DNA of 64,000 nt from a virus (taxonomy: Duplodnaviria; Caudoviricetes): IMG/VR virus record IMGVR_UViG_3300044991_001466. The stretch is one strand, 5' to 3'. The position numbers and the translations under genes are program-made. This document shows, piece after piece, positions 1 through 10,391 of this stretch (the stretch's first letter is position 1; every line of letters starts with the position of its first letter). The notes beneath the pieces were generated by a model. It was not told the DNA's origin. It worked only from the letters and a program-made list of their open reading frames with translations, and searched no databases.

Positions 1-71
1 TGATATGGTTGTTAGAAATAAAAATCAAAACGACGACACCCTTTTGTTTATGAGGGAAATTGAGGAGGCGG

Positions 72-461
72 TTATCGTTTCCTAATCTCTTTTAAACATA
101 TTTTGGTGTATTTGTCCTCATTACGTTTGGCTTGTCTTTCTAACGGATTATGGGAATAGTATCTTGATAACTCATATTCCCGATATTTTCTACGAACTTG
201 TAAATAATGCGTATATTCATGAATAACGGTTGCAACTAAATCGTAGATTGTGTTGTTATTGGGTAAGTAAATTATAATTTCATTTCGATAAAAACAATAG
301 TTACCAAAAATATCAAAGTTATCCGATTTTCGTTTTCTTTCACTAAATCTAAAGAGAAGTTTTCTCTTTTTTCTATGACACAACCCAAAATACAATTCAC
401 ACCATTTTAAGGCGGCAGTTGCATAACGTTTTTTGGATTCAGTGTCGATAGTTCTACTCAT
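72..461 (-). CDS. Small zincin-like (HExxH) metallopeptidase-domain protein
   Basis: ORF 129 aa with VIHEYTHYLQ motif followed by a distal E (NPLERQA). Confidence 0.6.
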   Translation of the reverse strand: MSRTIDTESKKRYATAALKWCELYFGLCHRKKRKLLFRFSERKRKSDNFDIFGNYCFYRNEIIIYLPNNNTIYDLVATVIHEYTHYLQVRRKYREYELSRYYSHNPLERQAKRNEDKYTKICLKEIRKR

Positions 462-813
462 CTTTATTTTTATCTGTTTTGATGGTCCTAATCTGTCTTT
501 TTATTGGTTTAATTGAATCATTAACTGCGTCAAAATTATTCGCAATGTCATTTAAAATTGCTGCAAACTCATAATTTTCAAGTTCTTCATTCTTTTTCCA
601 TAAAACCGACACAAAACTCCTCATTTCTAAATCGGTTAAAGTGGCTCGAATTGAGATGGATTTTTTCATCAGTTTAAAAACCATATACAAAACCCCCATT
701 TTTTTCTCGTGCGATAAACAAAAATAGTTGTCGATTGATATGTTACTTAAGATATTGTTACTTACATTATCTAAGAATGAAATAAAAGAGGGATGATTTA
801 GGTTTACTTTCAT
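454..813 (-). CDS. Hypothetical protein
   Basis: Track ORF 454..1005 overlaps the upstream gene; in-frame ATG at 813 (MKVNLNHPSF) is the likelier start. Confidence 0.55.
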   Translation of the reverse strand: MKVNLNHPSFISFLDNVSNNILSNISIDNYFCLSHEKKMGVLYMVFKLMKKSISIRATLTDLEMRSFVSVLWKKNEELENYEFAAILNDIANNFDAVNDSIKPIKRQIRTIKTDKNKDE

Positions 814-919
814 GGTTTCTTTGTCGTTTAAAATAAATACTGATATAAATGTTCTTGAAATAAAAACGGGATAAGTTTTTTTTAAACTCACCCCCTTTTT
901 ATTATTTAAATTGTTTAAA

Positions 920-1279
920 TTATTTGGCCCATTTACCTCTAATAACAATTTGAGCGATAATGTTATATACTGATAAATCTTGATATGTGTCCTCAATGGC
1001 TTCACCTACCGTATCTTCTTTACCTAATAACACTAATTGCTTCAATCTCTGTATCTTATCGTTCATTCTGAACCAAAGACCTGTTTGGGACAATTTAACC
1101 TCGTCAGGGGTCTCTAAACGAGTTCCAACCGATATGTTATCGGGTCCGTAGTTTAATTGTTTTCTACAAAAGATTTCATACTGTTCTTTTAAGATTTTTT
1201 TGAATTCTGCGGTTGTTTCGGGATACTTTTCCTCACATTGTTTAACCGGTGACTGGGGTACTGTTTTATCTTCTGACAT
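920..1279 (-). CDS. DUF1599 / nucleotide-modification-associated domain 1-like all-alpha protein
   Basis: Motifs F.RKQ.NYG, RMNDKIQRL, EDTYQDL..Y.IIA. Confidence 0.55.
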   Translation of the reverse strand: MSEDKTVPQSPVKQCEEKYPETTAEFKKILKEQYEIFCRKQLNYGPDNISVGTRLETPDEVKLSQTGLWFRMNDKIQRLKQLVLLGKEDTVGEAIEDTYQDLSVYNIIAQIVIRGKWAK

Positions 1280-1354
1280 ATATTTTGTGTTTTTTAATAA
1301 TATAATCGTTTTTATTTGTAATACAAAATATTTATATAAAAAAGATATTACACG

Positions 1355-1603
1355 ATGGACAATTTTAATGAAATCGAGGAGAAGGAATCGGGAGAAACCG
1401 CCTCAAAACCAAAACACAACCAATTTATCAAAATGTTAACATTTAGGGTTGTACCAGCATATTATAGAGAAATTGAAAAGGTTGCGAAACATAAGAAATC
1501 TTCAGTTTCTAAATTAATTAGAACATATATTAAAGAAGGTATGATTCGTGATAAAGAAATAACCACACAATCTGCGGACTTTGAAACAGAACCAACAGTA
1601 TAG
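1355..1603 (+). CDS. Ribbon-helix-helix-like small DNA-binding protein
   Basis: MLTFRV..AYYREIEKVA...SVSKLIR pattern; preceded by TATTTATA at 1329-1336. Confidence 0.5.
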   Translation: MDNFNEIEEKESGETASKPKHNQFIKMLTFRVVPAYYREIEKVAKHKKSSVSKLIRTYIKEGMIRDKEITTQSADFETEPTV

Positions 1604-1604
1604 T

Positions 1605-1931
1605 ATGAAAGATAACATATTGAACGAGGATACGATTAAAGAGGTGTTAGATAAGGTAATTTTAGAACATGTATCTAAAGTGTCTAGACAGGATTTTTCT
1701 AGAGTACAATTTAAGATTGAGGAATTACAAAATTCATTAAATGAAACCGTTAAAGAATTACGAAAATTAGAAGAATCGGTACCGTCAGGTTTAAAAAACA
1801 TGACAAATGGAAGAGTTAATGGGATGAGGATTGGATTAGCGAATTCACAAAAACTATTACAACAATTAAAAGACAAAATTAGACAATATAAAAAGAGTCT
1901 ATACTCTCAACCAATACAAGAAAAGAAATAA
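1605..1931 (+). CDS. Hypothetical coiled-coil protein
   Basis: ORF; ATG at 1605 immediately follows the upstream TAG; N-terminal ILNE motif. Confidence 0.6.
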   Translation: MKDNILNEDTIKEVLDKVILEHVSKVSRQDFSRVQFKIEELQNSLNETVKELRKLEESVPSGLKNMTNGRVNGMRIGLANSQKLLQQLKDKIRQYKKSLYSQPIQEKK

Positions 1932-1932
1932 A

Positions 1933-2292
1933 TTAACGGAGGTTAAAATCTCCGTCATTTTTTAACATTTTTTTTCCTTTTTGAGTTAGGAAAAACAACT
2001 CTTCAGTGTTGTCGTCCTCATATGAATTCACTAACCCCTTATGTTTAAGGTCAGTTAATATTGAACCTGCGATAATTTCTCTAAGAATTACATTAAATTC
2101 CTCTTCCTCAAATATATCATCACTTTCTTCATCTAATTCCCCTAATATAAATTTCTCAGTTAATTTATCGTTTAGGTATTTTATTGTGAAATCAAAATTT
2201 TCAATTTCGTAATCTTTAAAGAAATTGGTTTCTTCTAAAATACAAAGAATTTCAGTCGTTTTTTCTATTACAATAGGTTGATATTTCGCCAT
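1933..2292 (-). CDS. Hypothetical acidic protein
   Basis: Track ORF 1933..2424; likely start MAKYQP at 2292. Confidence 0.55.
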   Translation of the reverse strand: MAKYQPIVIEKTTEILCILEETNFFKDYEIENFDFTIKYLNDKLTEKFILGELDEESDDIFEEEEFNVILREIIAGSILTDLKHKGLVNSYEDDNTEELFFLTQKGKKMLKNDGDFNLR

Positions 2293-2401
2293 ATCTACAT
2301 GTTTAATGTTTATTAAATTATAAACTAAAAAATTCAAAAAAAGAAATTTAGAGTTTAATATTTTACCAATTTTTAATATATTATCATATAAAATATAAAT
2401 A

Positions 2402-3652
2402 ATGGGAAACGGAAAAATATTCATTCAAATCGCCTCTTACAGAGACCCTCAATTAATACCTACAATTAAAGACTGTATTGAAAAGGCTAAAAACCCTAAA
2501 AAGTTAGTTTTTTCTATTGCTTGGCAACATTCAAGTGAGGATGCTTGGGATAACTTAGATGAGTTTAAGGGAGATAAACGATTTAAAATTGTTGATATAA
2601 ATTACTTAGACTCAAAGGGTGCATGTTGGGCAAGAAATCAATTACAACAAAATTATGATGGTGAAGAGTATACATTACAATTAGATTCACACCATAGATT
2701 TGTTGAAAATTGGGACGTTGAGTTAATATCAATGATAAAACAATTACAAACCTTAGGTCATAAAAAACCTTTATTAACAGGGTATGTTTCGTCATTTGAC
2801 CCTGATAATGACCCGGCAGGCAGAATTCCACAACCTTGGAAAATGAATTTTGATAGATTTATTCCTGAAGGAGCTGTGTTCTTTTTACCCGCAACCATTG
2901 ACGATTATATGGAAAGAACTCAACCGATACCAGCGAGATTCTATTCCGCACACTTTTGTTTTACTTTAGGTTCTTTCGTTATCGACGTTCCTCATGACCC
3001 TGAATATTATTTTCATGGAGAAGAAATATCCATAGCTGTTAGAGCTTACACACATGGTTATGATTTATTTCACCCACATAAAACATTAATTTGGCATGAG
3101 TATACAAGAAAGGGTAGAACTAAACAATGGGACGATGATAAACAATGGGTAAGTAAGAATGTTCATTGTCATAAGAGAAATCGTAAGTTATTTGAAATGG
3201 ATGGTGAAATAAAAGATGTCGATTTTGGGATATATGATTTTGGTACTGAAAGAACATTAGAGGATTATGAAAGATATTCCGGATTGTCATTTAAAAAGAG
3301 AGCGGTTCAACAATTTACATTGGATAATAATTTAGCACCAAACCCTCCATTATATGGTGAGGAATTTGATAAATCGTTTTTAAGTATATTTAAACATTGT
3401 ATTGATATTGCTTTTGATAAAATACCATTAACCGATTATGAATTTTTTGTAGTCGCATTTCATGATAGTAATGACAATACGTTACATAGAAAAGATATGG
3501 ATGTTAGTGAAATTAATAATCTTAAAAACGACCCTGATGGGTACGGTAAAATTTGGAGAGAATTTCAAACAGATAAAAAACCAACGTATTGGGTGGTGTG
3601 GCCATTTAGTACGTCTCAGGGTTGGTGTGATAGAATAACGGGAGATTTATAA
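2402..3652 (+). CDS. GlcNAc-transferase of the GT60 (Skp1 hydroxyproline GlcNAc-T-like) family
   Basis: IFIQIASYRD, GACWAR, LQLDSHHRF, FHGEEI, LIWHEY motifs. Confidence 0.8.
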   Translation: MGNGKIFIQIASYRDPQLIPTIKDCIEKAKNPKKLVFSIAWQHSSEDAWDNLDEFKGDKRFKIVDINYLDSKGACWARNQLQQNYDGEEYTLQLDSHHRFVENWDVELISMIKQLQTLGHKKPLLTGYVSSFDPDNDPAGRIPQPWKMNFDRFIPEGAVFFLPATIDDYMERTQPIPARFYSAHFCFTLGSFVIDVPHDPEYYFHGEEISIAVRAYTHGYDLFHPHKTLIWHEYTRKGRTKQWDDDKQWVSKNVHCHKRNRKLFEMDGEIKDVDFGIYDFGTERTLEDYERYSGLSFKKRAVQQFTLDNNLAPNPPLYGEEFDKSFLSIFKHCIDIAFDKIPLTDYEFFVVAFHDSNDNTLHRKDMDVSEINNLKNDPDGYGKIWREFQTDKKPTYWVVWPFSTSQGWCDRITGDL

Positions 3653-3653
3653 C

Positions 3654-4184
3654 ATGAAATTACATTTAGGATGTGGGAATAAACATATTGAGGGATACGT
3701 TAATATTGATATTAGATATTTGCCGGGTGTTGATGAGGTTAACAATGTCGGTAGATTACGAAATTATAAAAACAATTCGGTAGATATAATTTATGCATCT
3801 CATATCTTAGAACATTTTGGTAGATGGGAATATCAATCGGTGTTAAAGAGATGGTATGATTTATTAAAAAATGGAGGAACATTAAGATTAGGGGTTCCGG
3901 ATTTTGGTGCAATCGTAGAATATTATAATAAGACAAAAGACTTAAGAGGGGTTTCCGGTATGTTATATGGTGGGCAAGACTATCCTGAAAATAATCATTA
4001 TTGGGTTTGGGATTTTGATGTGTTATCTAAAGAATTAAAAGAGATTGGGTTTACTGAAATAAATAAATATGATTGGAGAGATACTGAACATTCCAATCTT
4101 GATGATTATACACAATCATATCTCCCACATATGGATAAAGAAAACGGTGTTTTATTAAGTTTAAATGTTGAGGCAAAAAAATAA
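3654..4184 (+). CDS. Class I SAM-dependent methyltransferase
   Basis: KLHLGCG motif I, SHILEHF, LKNGGTLRLGVPD. Confidence 0.85.
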   Translation: MKLHLGCGNKHIEGYVNIDIRYLPGVDEVNNVGRLRNYKNNSVDIIYASHILEHFGRWEYQSVLKRWYDLLKNGGTLRLGVPDFGAIVEYYNKTKDLRGVSGMLYGGQDYPENNHYWVWDFDVLSKELKEIGFTEINKYDWRDTEHSNLDDYTQSYLPHMDKENGVLLSLNVEAKK

Positions 4185-4190
4185 GAAATT

Positions 4191-5075
4191 ATGGATGAGA
4201 ATAAATATTTTTTAGATTTATGGGGAGGATCTCATTATTATGATAAAACTAATGGAACTTATCAATTTTCAAGAGATTGTGGATTATTTTCTTGTTTAAC
4301 AGTATTAACATATGGTATAAAAAAATTCACTTTACACGGGTACATTCCAAAAAATATTTCATTAACATTATTAGAATATGATTACAATACGGATTATTAT
4401 AATGATTTATTTAAAATTGGTGATGGCGATTTTAAGTTAGATGATATTGACAATTTAACAATGGAACATCAAATGAAATATTGTGAACCGAGTTTTATAG
4501 GAATAGGTCGAGCTAAATCTCATTTAAATTTTAATATTTTAAAAAGAATTTATGATAAATATTTTATTTTATCTGACACCGTAAAAGAATATATAAAAGA
4601 GATTGAAGATAAACATATTTCAGATTATTCTAATACCGTTTTAATTTGGGCTAGAAAGACTGACAAAGATCTTGAAATATTAGTTCCGGATGTTGCCGAT
4701 TACATTAAATTAGTTGATGAATTAAATTTAAGAGGTAAAGACATAATATTACAAACCGACGATTTAAGGGTATATAACGATTTTAAATCATTAGGTTTAA
4801 AGTGTAGAACATTAGATGAAATACCATACGCAAAAGATAATTACAGTGGGTTTCATCGAAAATTATGTAACATTACTGATGAAGAATTTTTAATTGAATA
4901 TAACATGACTAAAAAATATTACTTACAAAGAATATTGGCATTAGTTCACGTCGCATCTAAATGTGATACGTTAATTATATATCCAGGTAATCTATCCACA
5001 TATATTCCATTAATAAGAGGTAATTGGGATAACGTATATTCCTACGAAAATAAACATAATTTAATTCCAGAATAA
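4191..5075 (+). CDS. Putative GT-B glycosyltransferase (fucosyltransferase-like)
   Basis: CGLFS N-terminal loop, IWARKTDK, ILQTDD; located in GT cluster. Confidence 0.5.
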   Translation: MDENKYFLDLWGGSHYYDKTNGTYQFSRDCGLFSCLTVLTYGIKKFTLHGYIPKNISLTLLEYDYNTDYYNDLFKIGDGDFKLDDIDNLTMEHQMKYCEPSFIGIGRAKSHLNFNILKRIYDKYFILSDTVKEYIKEIEDKHISDYSNTVLIWARKTDKDLEILVPDVADYIKLVDELNLRGKDIILQTDDLRVYNDFKSLGLKCRTLDEIPYAKDNYSGFHRKLCNITDEEFLIEYNMTKKYYLQRILALVHVASKCDTLIIYPGNLSTYIPLIRGNWDNVYSYENKHNLIPE

Positions 5076-5923
5076 TGAAAGTATTAGTACAACACACCTT
5101 TAACACAGGAATGGGAGATTTTTTAAATTGCATTTATGAATATTTCCACACTTGTGAAAATTTAAAAAAGATTGGATATAACGATTTTAGTATAAAATTT
5201 TCTTTAAATAAAAACGTTTACTTACACAAAGATTCGTTTTTTGATTTTTTTAAAAGAGAAACTTTTGAAACAATTTTTAATAGTATTGAGATTATCGACA
5301 ATCCAATCGTTTCGGTAAAATATGGAGATATGGAAAGAATAATCTCAATTGGAAACGCAGACCCTGGTGCACATTTATGGGATTTATTTGTTGAGGATGG
5401 ATATGATGAAAATGTTAAAAACGCATTTAAACAATATTCATATAAAAAACCTGAAATCCCATATATTGATTTTTTTAATGACAAAATTAATGAAAAATAT
5501 CAAAATTTAAAGAAAGAATATGGTTTAGATGATTACGTCTCAATTTATTATCGTACACACGATTTACAAGATAATGAAGACACATATGTTAATTTTGAGT
5601 CTGAATTTGATGAAATTATAAGAAATAATGATAAAATATATGTTTCATCTAACGCGTATTTATTTAAAGAGTATGTTAAAAAATATGGTGATAAAATAGT
5701 AATGTACGATATACCGGGAGAAGATGTTGCAGGAAACCATTATAATTACAACCGTGTTTTTTATGACAATAAAGACATGATACATTTGAGGACTGAGTTT
5801 GTTTTATTTGAAATGTTAACACTATCGGACTCAAAAGAGGTTAATTTTTTCACATTATGGGGAAGAGAATCTAACTTCTTATTATTAACAAAAGTTAAAG
5901 AAACCCCTATAATTACAAAATGA
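5075..5923 (+). CDS. Putative O-fucosyltransferase/NodZ-like glycosyltransferase
   Basis: TGMGDFLN, SIYYRTHD, IYVSSN, FEMLTLS motifs. Confidence 0.55.
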   Translation: MKVLVQHTFNTGMGDFLNCIYEYFHTCENLKKIGYNDFSIKFSLNKNVYLHKDSFFDFFKRETFETIFNSIEIIDNPIVSVKYGDMERIISIGNADPGAHLWDLFVEDGYDENVKNAFKQYSYKKPEIPYIDFFNDKINEKYQNLKKEYGLDDYVSIYYRTHDLQDNEDTYVNFESEFDEIIRNNDKIYVSSNAYLFKEYVKKYGDKIVMYDIPGEDVAGNHYNYNRVFYDNKDMIHLRTEFVLFEMLTLSDSKEVNFFTLWGRESNFLLLTKVKETPIITK

Positions 5924-6774
5924 AATTAAGTTTTACTTTTGAACCGTTAATGAGTTCGTGGGCACCACAAAGAATATTTAATGAATATTACAAATGGTTT
6001 AAAGAATCACATCAAAATGTTGACATTGAATATATTAACATCGACAATTTCAATAAAACACCATGTGGTCTTTATTCTCCACATAATATGACTATTAGAA
6101 ATGTGGAAAATAAAAAATATATGATTGTCACATATTGGGATAGACCTGATGATTTTACCACTGATTATAATGGTTGGGATATTGAAAATTGTGTAGAGAT
6201 ACTAACGTCGGCTGGTGTTTCAGATAAAGTTGTTGCAACCCCAACGTCGTATTGCACATATTCATTATCACACGAAAATATTGCAAATGATATTAGAACC
6301 ACGTTTGATAAAAAAACAAATAACGAATTACTTTTTAGGGGATTTTTATACTCAATAAGAAAAGAAATGGGTGACTTGGAACCCAATATGATAACAAATG
6401 AAAAATTGGGGACGTTTGAATATATGTCTGAAATAAACAATAATCAAATATCATTAAGTTTAAATGGAGCGGCGGAAATTTGTAATAGAGATATTGAAAT
6501 ATTATCTGTTGGGTCAGTATTATTTAGACCAAAATTAAAACAGAAGTTTTATAATCAATTAATTGATGGAGTACATTATGTTGGTTTTGATGAAGATGAA
6601 AATCCAAATAATCAAATTGAAATCATTAAAGAAAAGTTTGCAGAAATGAGAAACCAATACGATTTATTAAAATCAATTTCAGAAAATGGCCTTAAATGGT
6701 ATCATGAAAATGGTTCAATAAAAGGTAATGTTAATGTATTAAAAAAAGTAATAAAAATAGAAAATTTAAAATAA
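5920..6774 (+). CDS. Putative glycosyltransferase (GT-B, GT90/YkvP-like C-terminal domain)
   Basis: LLFRG, SLSLNG...CNRDIEILSVGSVL, LIDGVHYV. Confidence 0.55.
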   Translation: MKLSFTFEPLMSSWAPQRIFNEYYKWFKESHQNVDIEYINIDNFNKTPCGLYSPHNMTIRNVENKKYMIVTYWDRPDDFTTDYNGWDIENCVEILTSAGVSDKVVATPTSYCTYSLSHENIANDIRTTFDKKTNNELLFRGFLYSIRKEMGDLEPNMITNEKLGTFEYMSEINNNQISLSLNGAAEICNRDIEILSVGSVLFRPKLKQKFYNQLIDGVHYVGFDEDENPNNQIEIIKEKFAEMRNQYDLLKSISENGLKWYHENGSIKGNVNVLKKVIKIENLK

Positions 6775-7539
6775 ATGACAAATCAATCAACTAAAGTCAT
6801 TTTAACAATGACAACAATACCTAATAGATTGAATGACTCAACATTAGAAACGGGGATTGGACCCGTTATTGTTAGGATGACAACATTATCATATGATAAT
6901 TATGAATTACATTTAAACATACCATATATTAATGCTAAAATAAATCAAGAATACATTATACCTGATTGGTTACAAAATTATCAATCAGATAAATTAAAAA
7001 TTTTTAGAACCATTGATTATGGTTCAGTTACTAAAATCTTACCGACATTAGAAAGAATAAATGACCCTGAACAGATAATCATAACGGTAGACGATGATTT
7101 GGAATACATGGATGGATTTATTGAATATCATTTATTAAAAAGAAACGATTATCCCGATTTTGCTTTGGGGTTTGCTGGCGTTGGATCAATAGGTGGTGAT
7201 TGTCATTTTTGTACTACATTACCTAAAGACACTAGAGTTAAAATATTGGAAGGATATAAAACCGCGTCATATAAAAGAAGTTTTTTTAATGACGATTTTT
7301 ATGAATTTTCAAAAGGTAGTTGGAGTGATGATGTAATAATCTCAGCATACTTGGGTAAAAATAATATTCAAAAATATGTAATGAGTTATAATTTAGATGA
7401 AGACTTTAATCCAGTAGTTGAGTCTTTTCCTGTGGTTAGAATATTACCTAATGAAGCAGGTGGATGTCACGTGTTTAGAAATGAAAACATATACGATAAT
7501 AGTAGTTCGTACCATAAATTAGGATATCTTGAAAAATAG
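6775..7539 (+). CDS. GT-A (family 2-like) glycosyltransferase
   Basis: LTMTTIPNRL, DYGSVTKILP, IITVDDD, DDVIISAYL. Confidence 0.7.
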   Translation: MTNQSTKVILTMTTIPNRLNDSTLETGIGPVIVRMTTLSYDNYELHLNIPYINAKINQEYIIPDWLQNYQSDKLKIFRTIDYGSVTKILPTLERINDPEQIIITVDDDLEYMDGFIEYHLLKRNDYPDFALGFAGVGSIGGDCHFCTTLPKDTRVKILEGYKTASYKRSFFNDDFYEFSKGSWSDDVIISAYLGKNNIQKYVMSYNLDEDFNPVVESFPVVRILPNEAGGCHVFRNENIYDNSSSYHKLGYLEK

Positions 7540-7542
7540 TAT

Positions 7543-9219
7543 ATGAGTAAAGTAACAATAGTAACAGGTATTTGGGACATAAAAAGAAGTGAACTATCCG
7601 AAGGGTGGAATCGTTCTTTTAATCATTATTTAATTCATTTATCTAACTTAATGAAAGTTGATGACAACATGATAATTTATGTTGAGGAGAAATATAAGTC
7701 ATTTGTGGAAGAAAAAAGAAGTTCAAGCAATACATTGATTATTGTCAGAGAATTAGAATGGTTTAAATCAAACGAGTTAATTTTCAATAACATACAAAAA
7801 ATAAGACAATCGTCTGAATGGTACAATCAGTCTGGTTGGTTACCGGAAAGTACTCAGGCTAAATTAGAGATGTACAATCCGATTGTTATGTCTAAAATGT
7901 TTTTATTAAATGACGCATCTATTATGGACCCATTTAATTCTACACATATGGTTTGGGTTGATGGTGCGTTAACCAACACAGTACATGAGGGTTATTTTTG
8001 GAATGATAATGTTATTAAAAAATTAAACAAACATTTTAATAAATTTAGTTTTGTTTGTTTTCCATATGACGGTAAAGTTGAAATCCATGGTTTCAAGTAT
8101 GATGAGATGTGTAAATATGCAAACGATGAAGTTAATAAAGTTGCTAGAGGTGGTATTTTTGGTGGTCCTAAACATTTAATAAATCATATTAATCAAATAT
8201 ATTATGATTTATTAAGCGACACCTTATCAAAAGGATTGATGGGGACTGAGGAGAGTTTATTTACCATAATGACTTATAAACATCCCGATTTAATACAATA
8301 CTTTGAAATTGAATCAAATGGACTGTTGGGGTTATTTTTTGAAAATTTAAAAAATGATAATTTAACACCTAAGATTGAGGGTAAACAATTAAATAACATT
8401 AATTTACATGATAGAGAAAATGTTGCATTATATGTTTTAACGTACAATTCACCAAGACAATTTGAAAAATTATGTTTATCCTTTGAAACGTATGATAGGA
8501 ACTTCATAGATAGACCTAAAAAATTTCTATTAAATAATTCATTAGATAGGTCGACAGACTTGGCGTATGCTGAACTTTGTGATAGATATGGTTTTGAAGA
8601 AATTAAAAAAGACAATATAGGTATTTGCGGTGGTAGACAATTTATTGCGGAACATTCAGATGAACATGGTTTTGATTATTATTTCTTTTTTGAGGACGAT
8701 ATGTTTTTTTATATGGGTCCCGATGAATTTTGTAGAAATGGTTTTAGAAGAAAAATAAAAGATTTCTACAATGTTATGATGGACGTTATTTGGAAAGAAA
8801 ATTTTGATTATTTAAAATGGAATTTTAGTGAATTTTTTGGTGACAACACAAGACAATGGGCTTGGCACAACGTACCAGCAAATGTTAGGTCAGAATTATT
8901 CAAAGACGCACCAATCAAATTTAACGACGATTATAGTTTAGCTCCGTTTTTAAATTTTAAAAACATTAAATCACATAAAGGATTACCATACGCTACAGGT
9001 GAGATTTATTATTGTAATTGGCCACAAGTGGTTTCAAAAGAAGGTAATAAGAAAATGTTTTTAGATACAAAATGGGGTCACCCATACGAACAAACTTGGA
9101 TGTCTCACATATATCAAGAAACAATTAAAGGTAAGGTTAACACCGCAATACTTTTAGCGTCACCAACAGAACATGATAGATTTGATCATTATCCCGGAAA
9201 CGATAGAAGGGAAAATTAA
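7543..9219 (+). CDS. HtrL/YibB-like glycosyltransferase fused to a C-terminal GT-A domain
   Basis: VTIVTGIWDI, VWVDGA, GGIFGG, GTEESLF; second domain FFFEDDM. Confidence 0.7.
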   Translation: MSKVTIVTGIWDIKRSELSEGWNRSFNHYLIHLSNLMKVDDNMIIYVEEKYKSFVEEKRSSSNTLIIVRELEWFKSNELIFNNIQKIRQSSEWYNQSGWLPESTQAKLEMYNPIVMSKMFLLNDASIMDPFNSTHMVWVDGALTNTVHEGYFWNDNVIKKLNKHFNKFSFVCFPYDGKVEIHGFKYDEMCKYANDEVNKVARGGIFGGPKHLINHINQIYYDLLSDTLSKGLMGTEESLFTIMTYKHPDLIQYFEIESNGLLGLFFENLKNDNLTPKIEGKQLNNINLHDRENVALYVLTYNSPRQFEKLCLSFETYDRNFIDRPKKFLLNNSLDRSTDLAYAELCDRYGFEEIKKDNIGICGGRQFIAEHSDEHGFDYYFFFEDDMFFYMGPDEFCRNGFRRKIKDFYNVMMDVIWKENFDYLKWNFSEFFGDNTRQWAWHNVPANVRSELFKDAPIKFNDDYSLAPFLNFKNIKSHKGLPYATGEIYYCNWPQVVSKEGNKKMFLDTKWGHPYEQTWMSHIYQETIKGKVNTAILLASPTEHDRFDHYPGNDRREN

Positions 9220-9270
9220 TATATTTATCACAACACCATAATAGTTTAAACAATCGACAAATGACAGACG

Positions 9271-9516
9271 GTGATAGTAAAACACATAAAAAATTTAAAA
9301 AAACGAGAACACCGAATTCCGTTTCTAAAAGACATGTTTTTAATGTTGTCCCTATTCTTCAATCCTTTTGGGTTCGATGCCGTACAGTATTCCCTAATAT
9401 TACTAACAGGGAGTTTATGGAAAGCGAATTTCGTATTGTATTGTATTGCGGGATTATTTTTTGGTTTATATATCTACTATACCAAATTGTTACATAAAAA
9501 CAAAACCTCCGATTAG
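9271..9516 (+). CDS. Small membrane protein
   Basis: GTG-start ORF with two hydrophobic segments, followed by a terminator. Confidence 0.55.
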   Translation: MIVKHIKNLKKREHRIPFLKDMFLMLSLFFNPFGFDAVQYSLILLTGSLWKANFVLYCIAGLFFGLYIYYTKLLHKNKTSD

Positions 9517-9527
9517 GAGGTTTTTTT
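9502..9527 (+). terminator. Intrinsic terminator (probably bidirectional)
   Basis: aaaacctcc-gatta-ggaggttttttt hairpin plus T7. Confidence 0.75.
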
Positions 9528-9661
9528 AGTTTTATCTTTTTCAGGTTGTTTTAACCCTTTTTTTAAATCTTCTTTTTTATCTATATCAGATTTAATTGCT
9601 GTTTTGTGTTGGTTGGAAATTTTCTTTTTTTCCTCTTCCGACATTTCTATAATACTCATGA

Positions 9662-9976
9662 TTAAATTGTTTTACTTTCTTTTACTTTTATTGATTCTTC
9701 TTTTTTATTTTTTAATGTCACACACATTTCATATTCTTCTCTTTCTTCAAATATCAAAATTAATGAATCTAAAATTTCAACATAAAGTTGTAAGTCATTG
9801 TCATAAGAAAGTATGGTACATGTATTATTATAATCATTTAAAATTTCATTGTCAACAGCACACATAAAATTAGTTATCATAGACAATTCATCCTCATCAT
9901 ATGTATTATGATTTAATACTCTTGTTGCCTGTAATAAAAAATTCATTGGTAAACTCATATCATAAATACCACTCAT
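9662..9976 (-). CDS. Hypothetical protein
   Basis: ORF 104 aa, ATGA overlap with the upstream gene. Confidence 0.6.
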   Translation of the reverse strand: MSGIYDMSLPMNFLLQATRVLNHNTYDEDELSMITNFMCAVDNEILNDYNNTCTILSYDNDLQLYVEILDSLILIFEEREEYEMCVTLKNKKEESIKVKESKTI

Positions 9977-10296
9977 ACTTTCTCCTTTTTTATTTTATCT
10001 AATAATTTAAAACAATGAAAAAAACCATTAACCTCACATTCTTCTCTTGTTGTTGTGGAATCTTGGGTTGGGCCAAATACTATTCCGTTATGTAGTGAGA
10101 TGGTAAAAACCCATTGTTGTGGATTGTACATTTCCGTGGTTAGATACACACCTTCTTTATCAAAAAAATGATATAGTTTTTTTGTATCATACGTTTCTAA
10201 AGTAGAAATACTCAACACCCCCATATTTGGGAACATAATTTCTGAAAACCTTGTAAAGGCCGTCGGAAACAAATATTCAATTTCATACCAATTCAT
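9973..10296 (-). CDS. Hypothetical protein
   Basis: ORF 107 aa. Confidence 0.6.
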   Translation of the reverse strand: MNWYEIEYLFPTAFTRFSEIMFPNMGVLSISTLETYDTKKLYHFFDKEGVYLTTEMYNPQQWVFTISLHNGIVFGPTQDSTTTREECEVNGFFHCFKLLDKIKKEKV

Positions 10297-10391
10297 ATTA
10301 TTAATTATAAGAAAAAATAACTCATTTTGTATCTAAAATTTGAAAATATTTGGGATTATCAAAATTATTAATATAATTATGTTTATTTACA

